From positions 4,416 through 68,415 of the forward strand of contig JABIBU010000027.1 of the NCBI GenBank assembly GCA_018652595.1: DNA of 64,000 bases, written 5' to 3'. The stretch's first letter is position 1, and every line of letters starts with the position of its first letter. Below, one piece after another: positions 48,508-57,700 of this stretch. Origin of the DNA: Candidatus Magasanikiibacteriota bacterium (GTDB taxonomy: Bacteria > Patescibacteriota > Patescibacteriia > Magasanikbacterales > UBA922). A model generated the notes under the pieces. That model searched no databases. It was given only the letters and a program-made list of their open reading frames with translations, and was not told where the DNA came from. Both the position numbers and the translations under genes were made by a program.

Positions 48508-49884
48508 TTATCTACTATATCTACGTCGAGGTGAATTGGTTGGGCGACTCTGTCCGGAACTAGAATTACTTCGTTGACCGTCTGAGGATTCGCTTCTTTT
48601 TCGGGAGTATGGTTTGTTTCTACTACCACTTCCACCACTTCTTTTTCCTCTACTATTCTTTTGGCCGTGTCTTGGGTTGTATGCTCCACCCTGACCTTGT
48701 CGAGGAGATCTACCTCCAGCTTGGAATCCTCGTTTTATAACTGGTCTTTCTCTTTCTGGTGGAAGTTTTGGAAGAGTTAGTATTGGTAAACTCTTGCGAA
48801 TTAGTCGTTCAATCTTTCTGACATCTGCCTTTTCTGATGGAGTAACAAATGAAATTGCTTTTCCAGATTTACCAGCACGACCAGTTCTACCAATACGGTG
48901 AACATAGTCCTCTAAACCATCTGGAAGATCGAAATTGATAACTAGATTAATATCTTTTACATCAATACCACGAGCAGCAATATCAGTAGCGACCATTACA
49001 CGAAATCTTCCTTTGGTAAATCCGTCCAATGCTTTTACGCGTTGTGCTTGAGAACGATTACCATGAATCTCTGTTGCAGTATGATTCATGTTGCCTATAT
49101 CACGAGCAATACGCTTGGCACCATGTTTGGTTCTAGAAAAAACAAGGACCTTGTCGTCTTTATATTGTTCAAGAATTGCATCGAGTAGACGCATCTTATC
49201 ATTTTTCCTTACGACAAATACTTCTTGATCAGTATTTTCTGCAGAAGTTCCTTGAGGTGCGATTTCAATTCGCAAAGGTAGCTTCATAAATCTAGTTGCG
49301 AGACTTGAAATAGTCTTTGGCATGGTAGCAGAGAATAACATTGTTTGTCTATCTGGTCTTATTGCTGATAAAATCTTTTTTATCTCTGGCAAAAATCCCA
49401 TATCAAGCATACGATCGCCTTCATCCAGAGTAATTATATTTACATTTTTCAAACTATAAGCACGTTGGTCTATCAAGTCCATAAGACGGCCGGGAGTAGC
49501 AATTACAATATGTGGATTGCGCTGTAGAGCTCTGACTTGAGGATGTTGAGAAACACCACCAATTACTACTGCTGTGGTCATTCTAAGAGGTGTGCCAACG
49601 TTTTTCAATGATTCCTCCACTTGGAGTGCTAGCTCACGTGTAGGGACCAGAATAAGGCCCTGACCCTTGTCTTTTGCTAGACGTTGGATCATTGGTATAC
49701 CAAAAGCTAGAGTCTTGCCAGTACCAGTCTGAGCAATACCCACGATGTCTTTTCCTTCCAATGCAGGTGCTATGACCTGGCGCTGGATAGGTGTAGGAGT
49801 TTCAAACCCCTTCTTTGAGAGGATGGTCAAAAAATTTGACGCTATCCCAAGGTCGCTAAAACGACCTGTATCTTCTTTTTGCAT
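48508..49884 (-). CDS. DEAD-box ATP-dependent RNA helicase with Arg/Gly/Ser-rich C-terminal tail
   Basis: Q motif, GTGKT, DEAD (LDEGDRM variant region), SAT, HRIGRTGR. Confidence 0.85.
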   Translation of the reverse strand: MQKEDTGRFSDLGIASNFLTILSKKGFETPTPIQRQVIAPALEGKDIVGIAQTGTGKTLAFGIPMIQRLAKDKGQGLILVPTRELALQVEESLKNVGTPLRMTTAVVIGGVSQHPQVRALQRNPHIVIATPGRLMDLIDQRAYSLKNVNIITLDEGDRMLDMGFLPEIKKILSAIRPDRQTMLFSATMPKTISSLATRFMKLPLRIEIAPQGTSAENTDQEVFVVRKNDKMRLLDAILEQYKDDKVLVFSRTKHGAKRIARDIGNMNHTATEIHGNRSQAQRVKALDGFTKGRFRVMVATDIAARGIDVKDINLVINFDLPDGLEDYVHRIGRTGRAGKSGKAISFVTPSEKADVRKIERLIRKSLPILTLPKLPPERERPVIKRGFQAGGRSPRQGQGGAYNPRHGQKNSRGKRSGGSGSRNKPYSRKRSESSDGQRSNSSSGQSRPTNSPRRRYSR

Positions 49885-50016
49885 ATATATTTTTAGTATG
49901 ACTCAATATTCTAGAAGGTCATACAAGACACAAAAAGATTCGAGTCGCGAGAGACAAATTAGTCTCAAGCATAAATAATACGGCAGTATAGCATATTTTG
50001 AGAGTTTTGTCAAGTT

Positions 50017-50859
50017 TTAGACAAAGTTCATCAAAATAATGCCTACTATTATAACAAACATACCAGCTAGCTTTTGTGGTACTCTTTCACGTTCTTTTAA
50101 GAAGAAGATACCTATAAGTACTGCAAAAACAAGCGACACCTGCGTAACTGGTATAACCTTCGATACATCTCCTATTTTCAACGCTGTATACAGGAATACT
50201 TCAAAAATTCCAAATAATACTCCAGATAATATTATTCCCTTAGAATTTAATTTCATTTCTTGATTAATTTTTTTAACATTAAAACCTAAAAAGGGAAAAG
50301 CTAGTAGTCCTACTGCCATCAAAACAAAAGATGCTAAAGCTATCTCAGAAAAATCATTTACCGTAATTTTTACAAACATAAAAGAAATTACAATAGAAAT
50401 AGTTGCTAATATAGCCAATATTACACCACTAGACCATGAAAATCTACGCTTTGTGTACACGGCTATAGCCACACCTACTATAATAATAACAATTGCAAGT
50501 ATTTTCAAAAAAGTAAGTGTTTCTGCAAAAAAGAAAAAACCACCAAATAAAATTAGAATATGTCTAATTTGAATTACTATTTGATAGAGTGATATATCAA
50601 TCTTTTTCAAAGCCAAAAAAGTCAGCCAATCGCATAAAAAAACAAAGATAACTATAAATCCAAAAAACAGCCAGGTAATCCCCTTTTCAGGCAAATCAAA
50701 ACCAAACAGAAGCATCGGTAACAAAACCAAACCAGCAACAAATTCATGGATAGCTGTGTAAGCCAGTGGATTTGATTCTCCTTTTAAAACAGTTCTCGCC
50801 ACCACTCTCGCCAAAGCAAAAAATAGACCTGCCAAGACTGATAAAATTATCCAACTCAT
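50017..50859 (-). CDS. EamA/DMT-family transporter (10 TM)
   Basis: 280 aa, two EamA-like halves. Confidence 0.6.
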   Translation of the reverse strand: MSWIILSVLAGLFFALARVVARTVLKGESNPLAYTAIHEFVAGLVLLPMLLFGFDLPEKGITWLFFGFIVIFVFLCDWLTFLALKKIDISLYQIVIQIRHILILFGGFFFFAETLTFLKILAIVIIIVGVAIAVYTKRRFSWSSGVILAILATISIVISFMFVKITVNDFSEIALASFVLMAVGLLAFPFLGFNVKKINQEMKLNSKGIILSGVLFGIFEVFLYTALKIGDVSKVIPVTQVSLVFAVLIGIFFLKERERVPQKLAGMFVIIVGIILMNFV

Positions 50860-50945
50860 AAGTTTATTATATTATATATATTAGTATACTACTTTTGCTT
50901 AAAAAATTCTAACTCTCGTCCACATCCTAAATATAAAAAAATGGG

Positions 50946-50974
50946 TTGACATTCTTTTTTATTTCTGTTATAAT
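50946..50974 (+). promoter_or_regulatory. Perfect consensus sigma70 promoter TTGACA-17-TATAAT driving tRNA-Asn
   Basis: TTGACA 50946-50951, TATAAT 50969-50974, about 25 nt upstream of the tRNA 5' end. Confidence 0.6.
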
Positions 50975-50999
50975 GTTCTCGTTGTTTACAACTAAACAT

Positions 51000-51385
51000 T
51001 CGACGGTAGCTCAGTGGTAGAGCAACTGGCTGTGACTTTAATAGCAGCCCTTGGTAGTAATACTGAGGTGAAAAACAAGGTGAACTGCAGGAACCCTTAA
51101 TCTGTTGCAAAACAGAAAAGGCGATCTGCAGCCAAGTCTTGACCCCTAATCCATATCCGGATTAATATTACGGACTTACTAAGACTGTAGTAGGGAGTCA
51201 AGAAAGGTTCAGAGACTATCCTTAACGGGAGTAGGATTCGATTTAATCGGATTCGAAGCGCCTTGCACCCCAACGCTCTTGATTTAGTCAAGTTTTTGGC
51301 GAGGGTGATAATATAGTCCACTCTTTTAGGAAACTAGAAGGCAAGTGTAACCAGTGGGTCGCCGGTTCGAGCCCGGCCCGTCGAG
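51000..51385 (+). tRNA. tRNA-Asn(GUU) interrupted by a group I intron in the anticodon loop (exons 51000..51033 and 51348..51385)
   Basis: Acceptor TCGACGG/CCGTCGA, D arm GCTC-AGTGGTA-GAGC, anticodon stem ACTGG/CCAGT, spliced loop CUGUUAA, variable loop GGGTC, T arm GCCGG-TTCGAGC-CCGGC, discriminator G. Confidence 0.75.
51034..51347 (+). other. Group I self-splicing intron (314 nt, no ORF) inserted between anticodon positions 35 and 36
   Basis: P1: exon GGCUGU pairs with the intron IGS GCAGCC (U.G at the splice site). P4 elements: CUGCAGG / UCUGCAG. R element GUUCAGAGACUA. S element AAUAUAGUCC. Terminal omega-G. Confidence 0.75.
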
Positions 51386-51391
51386 CAAAAC

Positions 51392-51422
51392 AAAAAAATA
51401 GTGTAATTACACTATTTTTTTG
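51392..51422 (+). terminator. Rho-independent terminator after tRNA (AAAAAAATAGTGTAATTACACTATTTTTTT)
   Basis: Perfect hairpin plus a U tract. Confidence 0.6.
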
Positions 51423-51440
51423 TTTATATCAATCTTTCTC

Positions 51441-52637
51441 TTACAATAATAAATCCTTCGGATCCACATACCCTTTATATCCATTACCATAATCAAAGCC
51501 AGCTGGACGATAGCCTAAATGGAGGTGAGAACCTGTGCTATCACCTGAATTGTCTGAGATACCTAATAAATCCCCTGCTTTTAATTTTTGATCTAACTTG
51601 ACACTTACTTTATCAAAATGACCGTAAACTGTTTGAGCTCCGCTAGTGTGTTCAAGTTTTACATATTTACCATAACCACCTGTATCTTTATTTCTACACT
51701 CAATTACTTTTCCATCTAAAACCGCGTAGACTTCCCTCTTTCCATCAGGACTGTCGTCAAATTTAGTGCGAAAATCAATTCCATTATGGCCTTTCATATC
51801 ATATTTTGCATAATGCTCCGGCCAGACACCAAATTCTTGAGTAATAAAAATTTTATCTAATGGATTACAAGCAAATTTATTTTTGTCTGTTTTTTTATCT
51901 ATATTAACAACTAGACCATCTTCCGTTGCTGTTGTATTTGGGAATATTTTCTTAGCCACTTTTTCAGCTTCATTGCGTTTTTTCAAATCCAAATAACTGT
52001 GAGCGGCAAAATGGGTAAGGTATAATTGTTTTACATTAGATTTTTTTGCAATCTCAGCCACATCATCTGGACTTGTATGACCCCAACTATCTTTTTCTCC
52101 TGGCAAAAGCGCGCACTCGTGAATCAATACGTCAGCATCTTGAGCTAGTTTATAATCATTTTCACATGGCCCCGTGTCACAGCAATAAGCTATTACCTTT
52201 CCATCTAATTCTATTCTATATCCGAGCGTATAATCTGCATGGTCTAATTTTAAACAAACAAATCTAAAAGGATTTTTGTAATGCCCAGGACGGAGCTTGA
52301 TAAAATCAGTTTTAAAAGTTAATTCACGAGATGAAGCTGTAAAAGGATGGTTTAAAAACTTTTTTAAATATTTTTTAGTTTTTTTACTGCCAAGAATTGT
52401 TAATTTTTGTTTAAATTTAAATTTTGGCAGACAATGCAAACCACAAACATGATCTATATGTAAATGACTGATGAATAAATAAATTGGTTTGTCTTCTGTG
52501 ATATATTTATCTAATTTACTAAAACCAAAACCAGCGTCAAAAATAATATAAAAATCTTTGGTTTCAAGCAAAGTACAAATAGTATTACCAGTATCAGTAT
52601 CATACCAGCCATTTGTTCCGAGGAAGGTTAGTTTCAT
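51441..52637 (-). CDS. Fusion protein: MBL-fold metallo-hydrolase + C-terminal M23 (LytM-type) peptidase domain
   Basis: HLHIDHVCG (MBL HxHxDH). C-terminal GHNGIDF … HLHLGY M23 zinc motifs. Confidence 0.6.
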   Translation of the reverse strand: MKLTFLGTNGWYDTDTGNTICTLLETKDFYIIFDAGFGFSKLDKYITEDKPIYLFISHLHIDHVCGLHCLPKFKFKQKLTILGSKKTKKYLKKFLNHPFTASSRELTFKTDFIKLRPGHYKNPFRFVCLKLDHADYTLGYRIELDGKVIAYCCDTGPCENDYKLAQDADVLIHECALLPGEKDSWGHTSPDDVAEIAKKSNVKQLYLTHFAAHSYLDLKKRNEAEKVAKKIFPNTTATEDGLVVNIDKKTDKNKFACNPLDKIFITQEFGVWPEHYAKYDMKGHNGIDFRTKFDDSPDGKREVYAVLDGKVIECRNKDTGGYGKYVKLEHTSGAQTVYGHFDKVSVKLDQKLKAGDLLGISDNSGDSTGSHLHLGYRPAGFDYGNGYKGYVDPKDLLL

Positions 52638-52804
52638 AGCATTGATTTCACTGATTAATTAATGATTACACAGATTATGATAACATTTTTTGAAGTAAAA
52701 AACAAAAACAACCCTTGGATAAGAGTCGCTTTTGAGTTTGTGCAAGTCTACCAGTCCTGCACACCCCCTCATATCGTATCCTCAGAATCAATCAGAGTAG
52801 AACT

Positions 52805-54559
52805 CTATTGAAAGATTCTTAGAATATATTCTTGAATGAACATGCTGTTCGAGGCCAAGTAATTGGCAAGTCCCCAAACAGCCCAAGGAACAAGTAACCA
52901 CTTCCACAAGTTCTGCTTTTTGGTGGAGATGAAACCACCAAGCAGTACGAGAAGTGGGTCTGCGATTAGACGGTTGGACCAGTGCTCAAATCCGCGTTTC
53001 CAGTCGGAAATTGCGATTCCGAACACCCCAGACTCCATCAAAAATTCGGCCAACTCCCAACTATAAGCGATCGCGAAGATCACAAGTAGGAGTTTCTTGA
53101 TATTGGAGTTTGGGAATACCTTCCTAAGGAGCGGATACATCACCACACCCAAAAGAAAGTGTTCTATTGACCACAGATCGAGCATGGCAACCTCTCTCGC
53201 TCCATACTTCTGTGGCACCACCATACAGATCAACGCCAGCCCCATGACTGTGTCGATGAGCAGGATGATCTTCTTTGGGTTGCTCGTCGGATCCCACTTG
53301 ACGAACTTGTAAACAAGCAAGGCAAGCACTACTAGCACTTCGTCTGCCTTGCGTGTGAGGTAGAGGAAGAATCCTGAAACACTGGCAGTAACCAGTGAGA
53401 TTCGCTTCGCATTTTCTACACCAAGCGCCACAGCCAACGTGTGCTTGTATCCCCTGTCGACCTTGACATCGTCGATGTCCTTGACGATCTCTCTCCACAG
53501 AACTATAAGGAAGAATACTCTGTACCAGATCCAAACACGATGATCACTGGTCCTAAGGTAGACTGAGCCACAGAGCACTGGGCTGGCGCCACAGACTGCG
53601 ACGATCAGGTTGTTGAGCACGATGATATTTTCCAGGTAGGAGTATATCAAGCCCGTGAGTAGGACGGCCAGACACAAGACTCCCAAGTAGAGGTCGTAAA
53701 ACATCAACGCACCTATCAGCACAAGAGTCACTACGGTCAGCTTGACCCAGTAACCCCAAAATGCTTTTGGGTAGTCGAATGCCAGACGTTTTCCCTTCTG
53801 GAGATCATGGCTTCTATCGTACCAGTCATTGAAGGTCATAATGCTCATGTGAAGCAAAGAGCAGGACAAGGCAGCCAGTAAGGCAATACCCCAATCTACC
53901 TGAATCTCTTCGTACATCACAAAACCGCCGAGTGTAAACAGGAAAGTGAAGAGAGTACCTCTAATCCTTCCTGTCTTGACCAACTCCACGAGTGGTGGAG
54001 CAGATGTCTCGAGGGCATCCTTGTAGCCCAGTAACGTATCTTCCACTACTGCGGCTATGTAGATTGACCAGCCGGCAATGGTTAAGAAAAGTACTTGCCC
54101 ATTCATATCACCTTTCAAGATATGGAACAGACAGATTGCCGTGGTGGCAACCCCAAACCCAAAGTAAGGCAGATGGACTATACCACCCAAGCTGATCTTG
54201 CCAGTCTTTGGAAATCCCCAGTTTGGCTTGTAGCTGGGACCAGTCCCAACCCTATACCAAAACCAGGCACCCAAACAGATCGACAGCGCGAACACTACCC
54301 ACCCGAGTGTGCTGACGTGGCCGTTCTGGACCAGGTGACCAAAACCGCAAAACACTAAGCCCATGCCAATGACATCTCCCCATGTCTGGCAATTGGCGTC
54401 CTGCCAATGGTTGAATTTCTGACTCGTGCCAGAAATAGGGCTCCGTCTCGCTGGAATTCTCCCCTGACTCAATTCCCACTGCTGAGTGAAAAATTGAGAC
54501 AAACAGATCAATCCATTAAGAAGGAGAACGATAAGAATGGTGCTGTAGTCTACTGCCAT
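52805..54559 (-). CDS. UbiA-superfamily prenyltransferase embedded in a large polytopic membrane protein (about 584 aa), GC-rich island E
   Basis: First Asp-rich motif FNDWYDRSHDLQKGKR, second motif DIDDVKVDRGYKHT. SD AAGGAGG. GC about 52%. Upstream TTGTAA-17-TATTAT. Confidence 0.6.
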   Translation of the reverse strand: MAVDYSTILIVLLLNGLICLSQFFTQQWELSQGRIPARRSPISGTSQKFNHWQDANCQTWGDVIGMGLVFCGFGHLVQNGHVSTLGWVVFALSICLGAWFWYRVGTGPSYKPNWGFPKTGKISLGGIVHLPYFGFGVATTAICLFHILKGDMNGQVLFLTIAGWSIYIAAVVEDTLLGYKDALETSAPPLVELVKTGRIRGTLFTFLFTLGGFVMYEEIQVDWGIALLAALSCSLLHMSIMTFNDWYDRSHDLQKGKRLAFDYPKAFWGYWVKLTVVTLVLIGALMFYDLYLGVLCLAVLLTGLIYSYLENIIVLNNLIVAVCGASPVLCGSVYLRTSDHRVWIWYRVFFLIVLWREIVKDIDDVKVDRGYKHTLAVALGVENAKRISLVTASVSGFFLYLTRKADEVLVVLALLVYKFVKWDPTSNPKKIILLIDTVMGLALICMVVPQKYGAREVAMLDLWSIEHFLLGVVMYPLLRKVFPNSNIKKLLLVIFAIAYSWELAEFLMESGVFGIAISDWKRGFEHWSNRLIADPLLVLLGGFISTKKQNLWKWLLVPWAVWGLANYLASNSMFIQEYILRIFQ

Positions 54560-54640
54560 CACGACCTCCTTCTATGTTGGTTGATTTTCAAGGTACATTA
54601 AAAATAATAGCATTTTTGAATGTTTTTTACAAGATTATAC

Positions 54641-54672
54641 AAAAACAAAACCCCGATTTTATCGGGGTCTAT
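54641..54672 (-). terminator. Terminator for the giant surface-protein gene (AGACCCCGAT-AAAA-TCGGGGTTTT)
   Basis: Hairpin plus U-rich tail on the minus strand. Confidence 0.55.
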
Positions 54673-54759
54673 CTATATCTAGTATTAGCAAGCTTTTTGC
54701 CTTTTTTCTTGCGGTGCTTTTTGAGTGCAACCTTTTTCTTTTTGTACATAGAATTAAAT

Positions 54760-57700
54760 TTACTGAATAACAGCTCTAGTCATCGGACCAAAGTAGCCAT
54801 AGGCTGGAAGCCCGACTGATTGTTGGAATTTTATTAATGCACTTTGTGTAAGTGAACCAAAGTATATAGATTCATTTCCAGGAGAACCAACACCAGTAGT
54901 GTCTACTAAAAATCCATTATTATTCAAATATTTTTGTAATTCTCTTACATCATCCCCTACCATGCCAAATTCTAAATTTTGACTAAATCCAAAATTGTTA
55001 CTTGGTTTAATAATATTTTTTCCATCTTCAAATTTAATTTCAGTATCAATAATAAATAGATCAGACCATTTATAACCAAAGTGATTAAAAGCTTGTTCAT
55101 CTACTATCCAGCATTTTTTACTATTTTCTACTTTGTAAACTTTTGGTGAATTACCATATTTAATTAATTTACCCTCATAATCATTTTGTTCAAGTTCACT
55201 AACTTCTTCCAGATCTTCCAAAATAGATTGGACTGTTAACTCGGCTCTATTTTTTACCACATCTTCAAATTTAATTTTAATATCTTTTATATTATCATTA
55301 TCAAGATCTACCTCCATTATTTCTTCTAATTTTAAAATGATTATTTGAGGTTCTGAACTCACTCTAATAGTCACAATATTATCAAACAAATCAAACTCTA
55401 TTATCTCTACTGTGTGTTGCTGGGCTGTATAACTACCATGATTAGAAACTGTGGTCTGAAAATTTGTCGGGGTATTTATATAAGTAGCAATATTGGTACC
55501 CGCTTGACTAATAGTTCCAGCATCACCAGTGGACCCCATAGGAACAACAGTGTCAGCTGTACCAATTCCAACTGTTGGGACTGGTACTGGTGTAGCAACA
55601 CCACTACTATTTGCCACACAAGCTCCATTTGTTAAAGTATAACCACTACTACAAGTTGCAACACCACAAGTTGGGTATGCATTATATGTTGAGGCATTAG
55701 AAATTGTTGGACAAGTTGGTGTATCAGCACTAGTAAAACTCCAAGTTGTTGAAGCAGAAATTCCTGCATAGCTATTACCTACAGTATCATCAAATAGAGT
55801 TGACGCTATTGTTATATAATATTCTGTTTCATAATCAAAATCAGAAGTAGGATTAATGGTAGCAATAGCACCACTTATACTTAATTGTGTAGAAGTTGCT
55901 ACAATAGTTTCAACAACAGTATCATCGCTTATTTTATAGATGATAAAATTACCTGTACTTGTGACGATATCTTCATTAAAAGTAATTTCTAAATTTTGAC
56001 TAATTGAAACACTAGTTGCACCATCTAGTGGTGACAAAGTAGCCGTAGGAGCTGTTGTGTCAATCACTAATGCCTTATTGGTAGCTAAATCAGTGCTTGC
56101 CGTAAGCGTTGTTGTACTATTTCCTGAACCATCTGTAATAGTACCAGAGAGAGTTGCATTTAAATCTAATGAATTATCACCTGCTTGAACTGTATAATTA
56201 CAAGTCCCTGTGGTTGAATTAATAACTGAAAAAGTACAAGTTTGATCAGTATCACCTGTTTCAAGAGTGACAGTTATGTTTCCAGTACTTGTGACAACTT
56301 CAGAAAAAACAATATCAATATCTATTACCTCACCTGCTTTGTAGGTATTATTAGCTTTGTCAGAAGAAATAGAAGTAACGCTCGGTGAATCTACATCAGC
56401 ACTAGTAAAACTCCAGGTGGTAGAGGCTGTAATTCCAGCATAACTGTTACCACTAGTATCATCCACTGCAGTTGTCGCAATAGTAATATAATATTCTATT
56501 TCACTATCTAAAGTTGTAGAAGGGTTGATTACTAGAGCGGTTGAACCAGAAGTTGTAACTTTAGTTCCTGTAACATCTATTGTCTCAACCACGCTGTCAT
56601 CACTGGTTTTGTAAACCACAATATTACCAGTTGAAGTAACGATATCTTCATTGAAAGTAATTGTAAAAGTGGAATCTACACCAACACCTGTTGCATTATC
56701 AACTGGAGATAAAGATGAAAGTATTGGATCTGTAACATCTGCTAAACTTTCATATTCAAAAGCTCCTATGTCTCTCGCCGCTCCTGCCAATGTACCACCT
56801 CTTTGATCAATTGTCGGAATACTAATACTATTATTAGCAGTAGAAGTCGCATTATTAATTGCAATACTATCAGCAAGAAGAGCATAAGTACGTGTGTCAT
56901 TCAAACTAGAATTTAAAGCAGCGGAACTATCTAAACTTAAAGTGCCAGTAGTACTAATACCATACAACTCATAAACATCATTTTCATCTTGGTCTGTCCA
57001 ATCACCTGTAGTAGAAGTAAAATTACTATTAGCATGACCTATTATATTATATCCATTATTATGAAAAGTCCCAGCTACACTTATATCTTTGTATACATCT
57101 GCTGAATTGCCCGCTACGATAGAATTAGAAAGATAAAGTGTGGCCGAACCACTCATTCCAATACCTCCACCATAATCATCGATTGAATTATCAGTAATAG
57201 TACAGTTGGTAATATGGGCTGTACCAGAACCAATATAGACACCTCCACCACCATCTGATCCACCAGCTGTATTTTGATTGCCATAAATTGTAGAGTTAGT
57301 CAAAATCAAATTTCCAGTTGAAGAAGAAAAATATATACCAGCCCCATAACCATTGTAAACATAATCTACATTGTTATAAATAGCTGAATTCGTAATTGTT
57401 AGATTACCAAGCATATTCATACCAAAACCATAACCACCATAAATTTTACAGCTGTGTACTTCTGAATTATTAATAGTTACATCTGAACCAGCAGAACCAT
57501 ACAAACAACCACCATTCCAACCAGTACTATTTGGATCACCATACCGAACAGTACTACTATTTATAACAAGACTATACCCATCATAGACAGTAAAAATACG
57601 CTTATTACTCGATTCAATAGTTGAATTAGGTTGAAAAATCGTTGAAGATGCTCCGTGACCAATAATGGTTATGTCTTTATAAATTCTATAACCATAACCT

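Noticed and set aside
50889-51321. Track ORFs 50889..51110 and 51097..51321 on the minus strand
   Set aside because: They overlap the tRNA-Asn exons and the group I intron. They have no start context and are spurious.
52863-54479. Alternative-frame ORFs inside the UbiA-like gene (52863..53066, 53097..53312, 53124..53534, 53553..53759, 53992..54195, 54095..54358, 54252..54479)
   Set aside because: They lie inside a well-supported 584-aa membrane protein ORF and are GC-rich frame artefacts.
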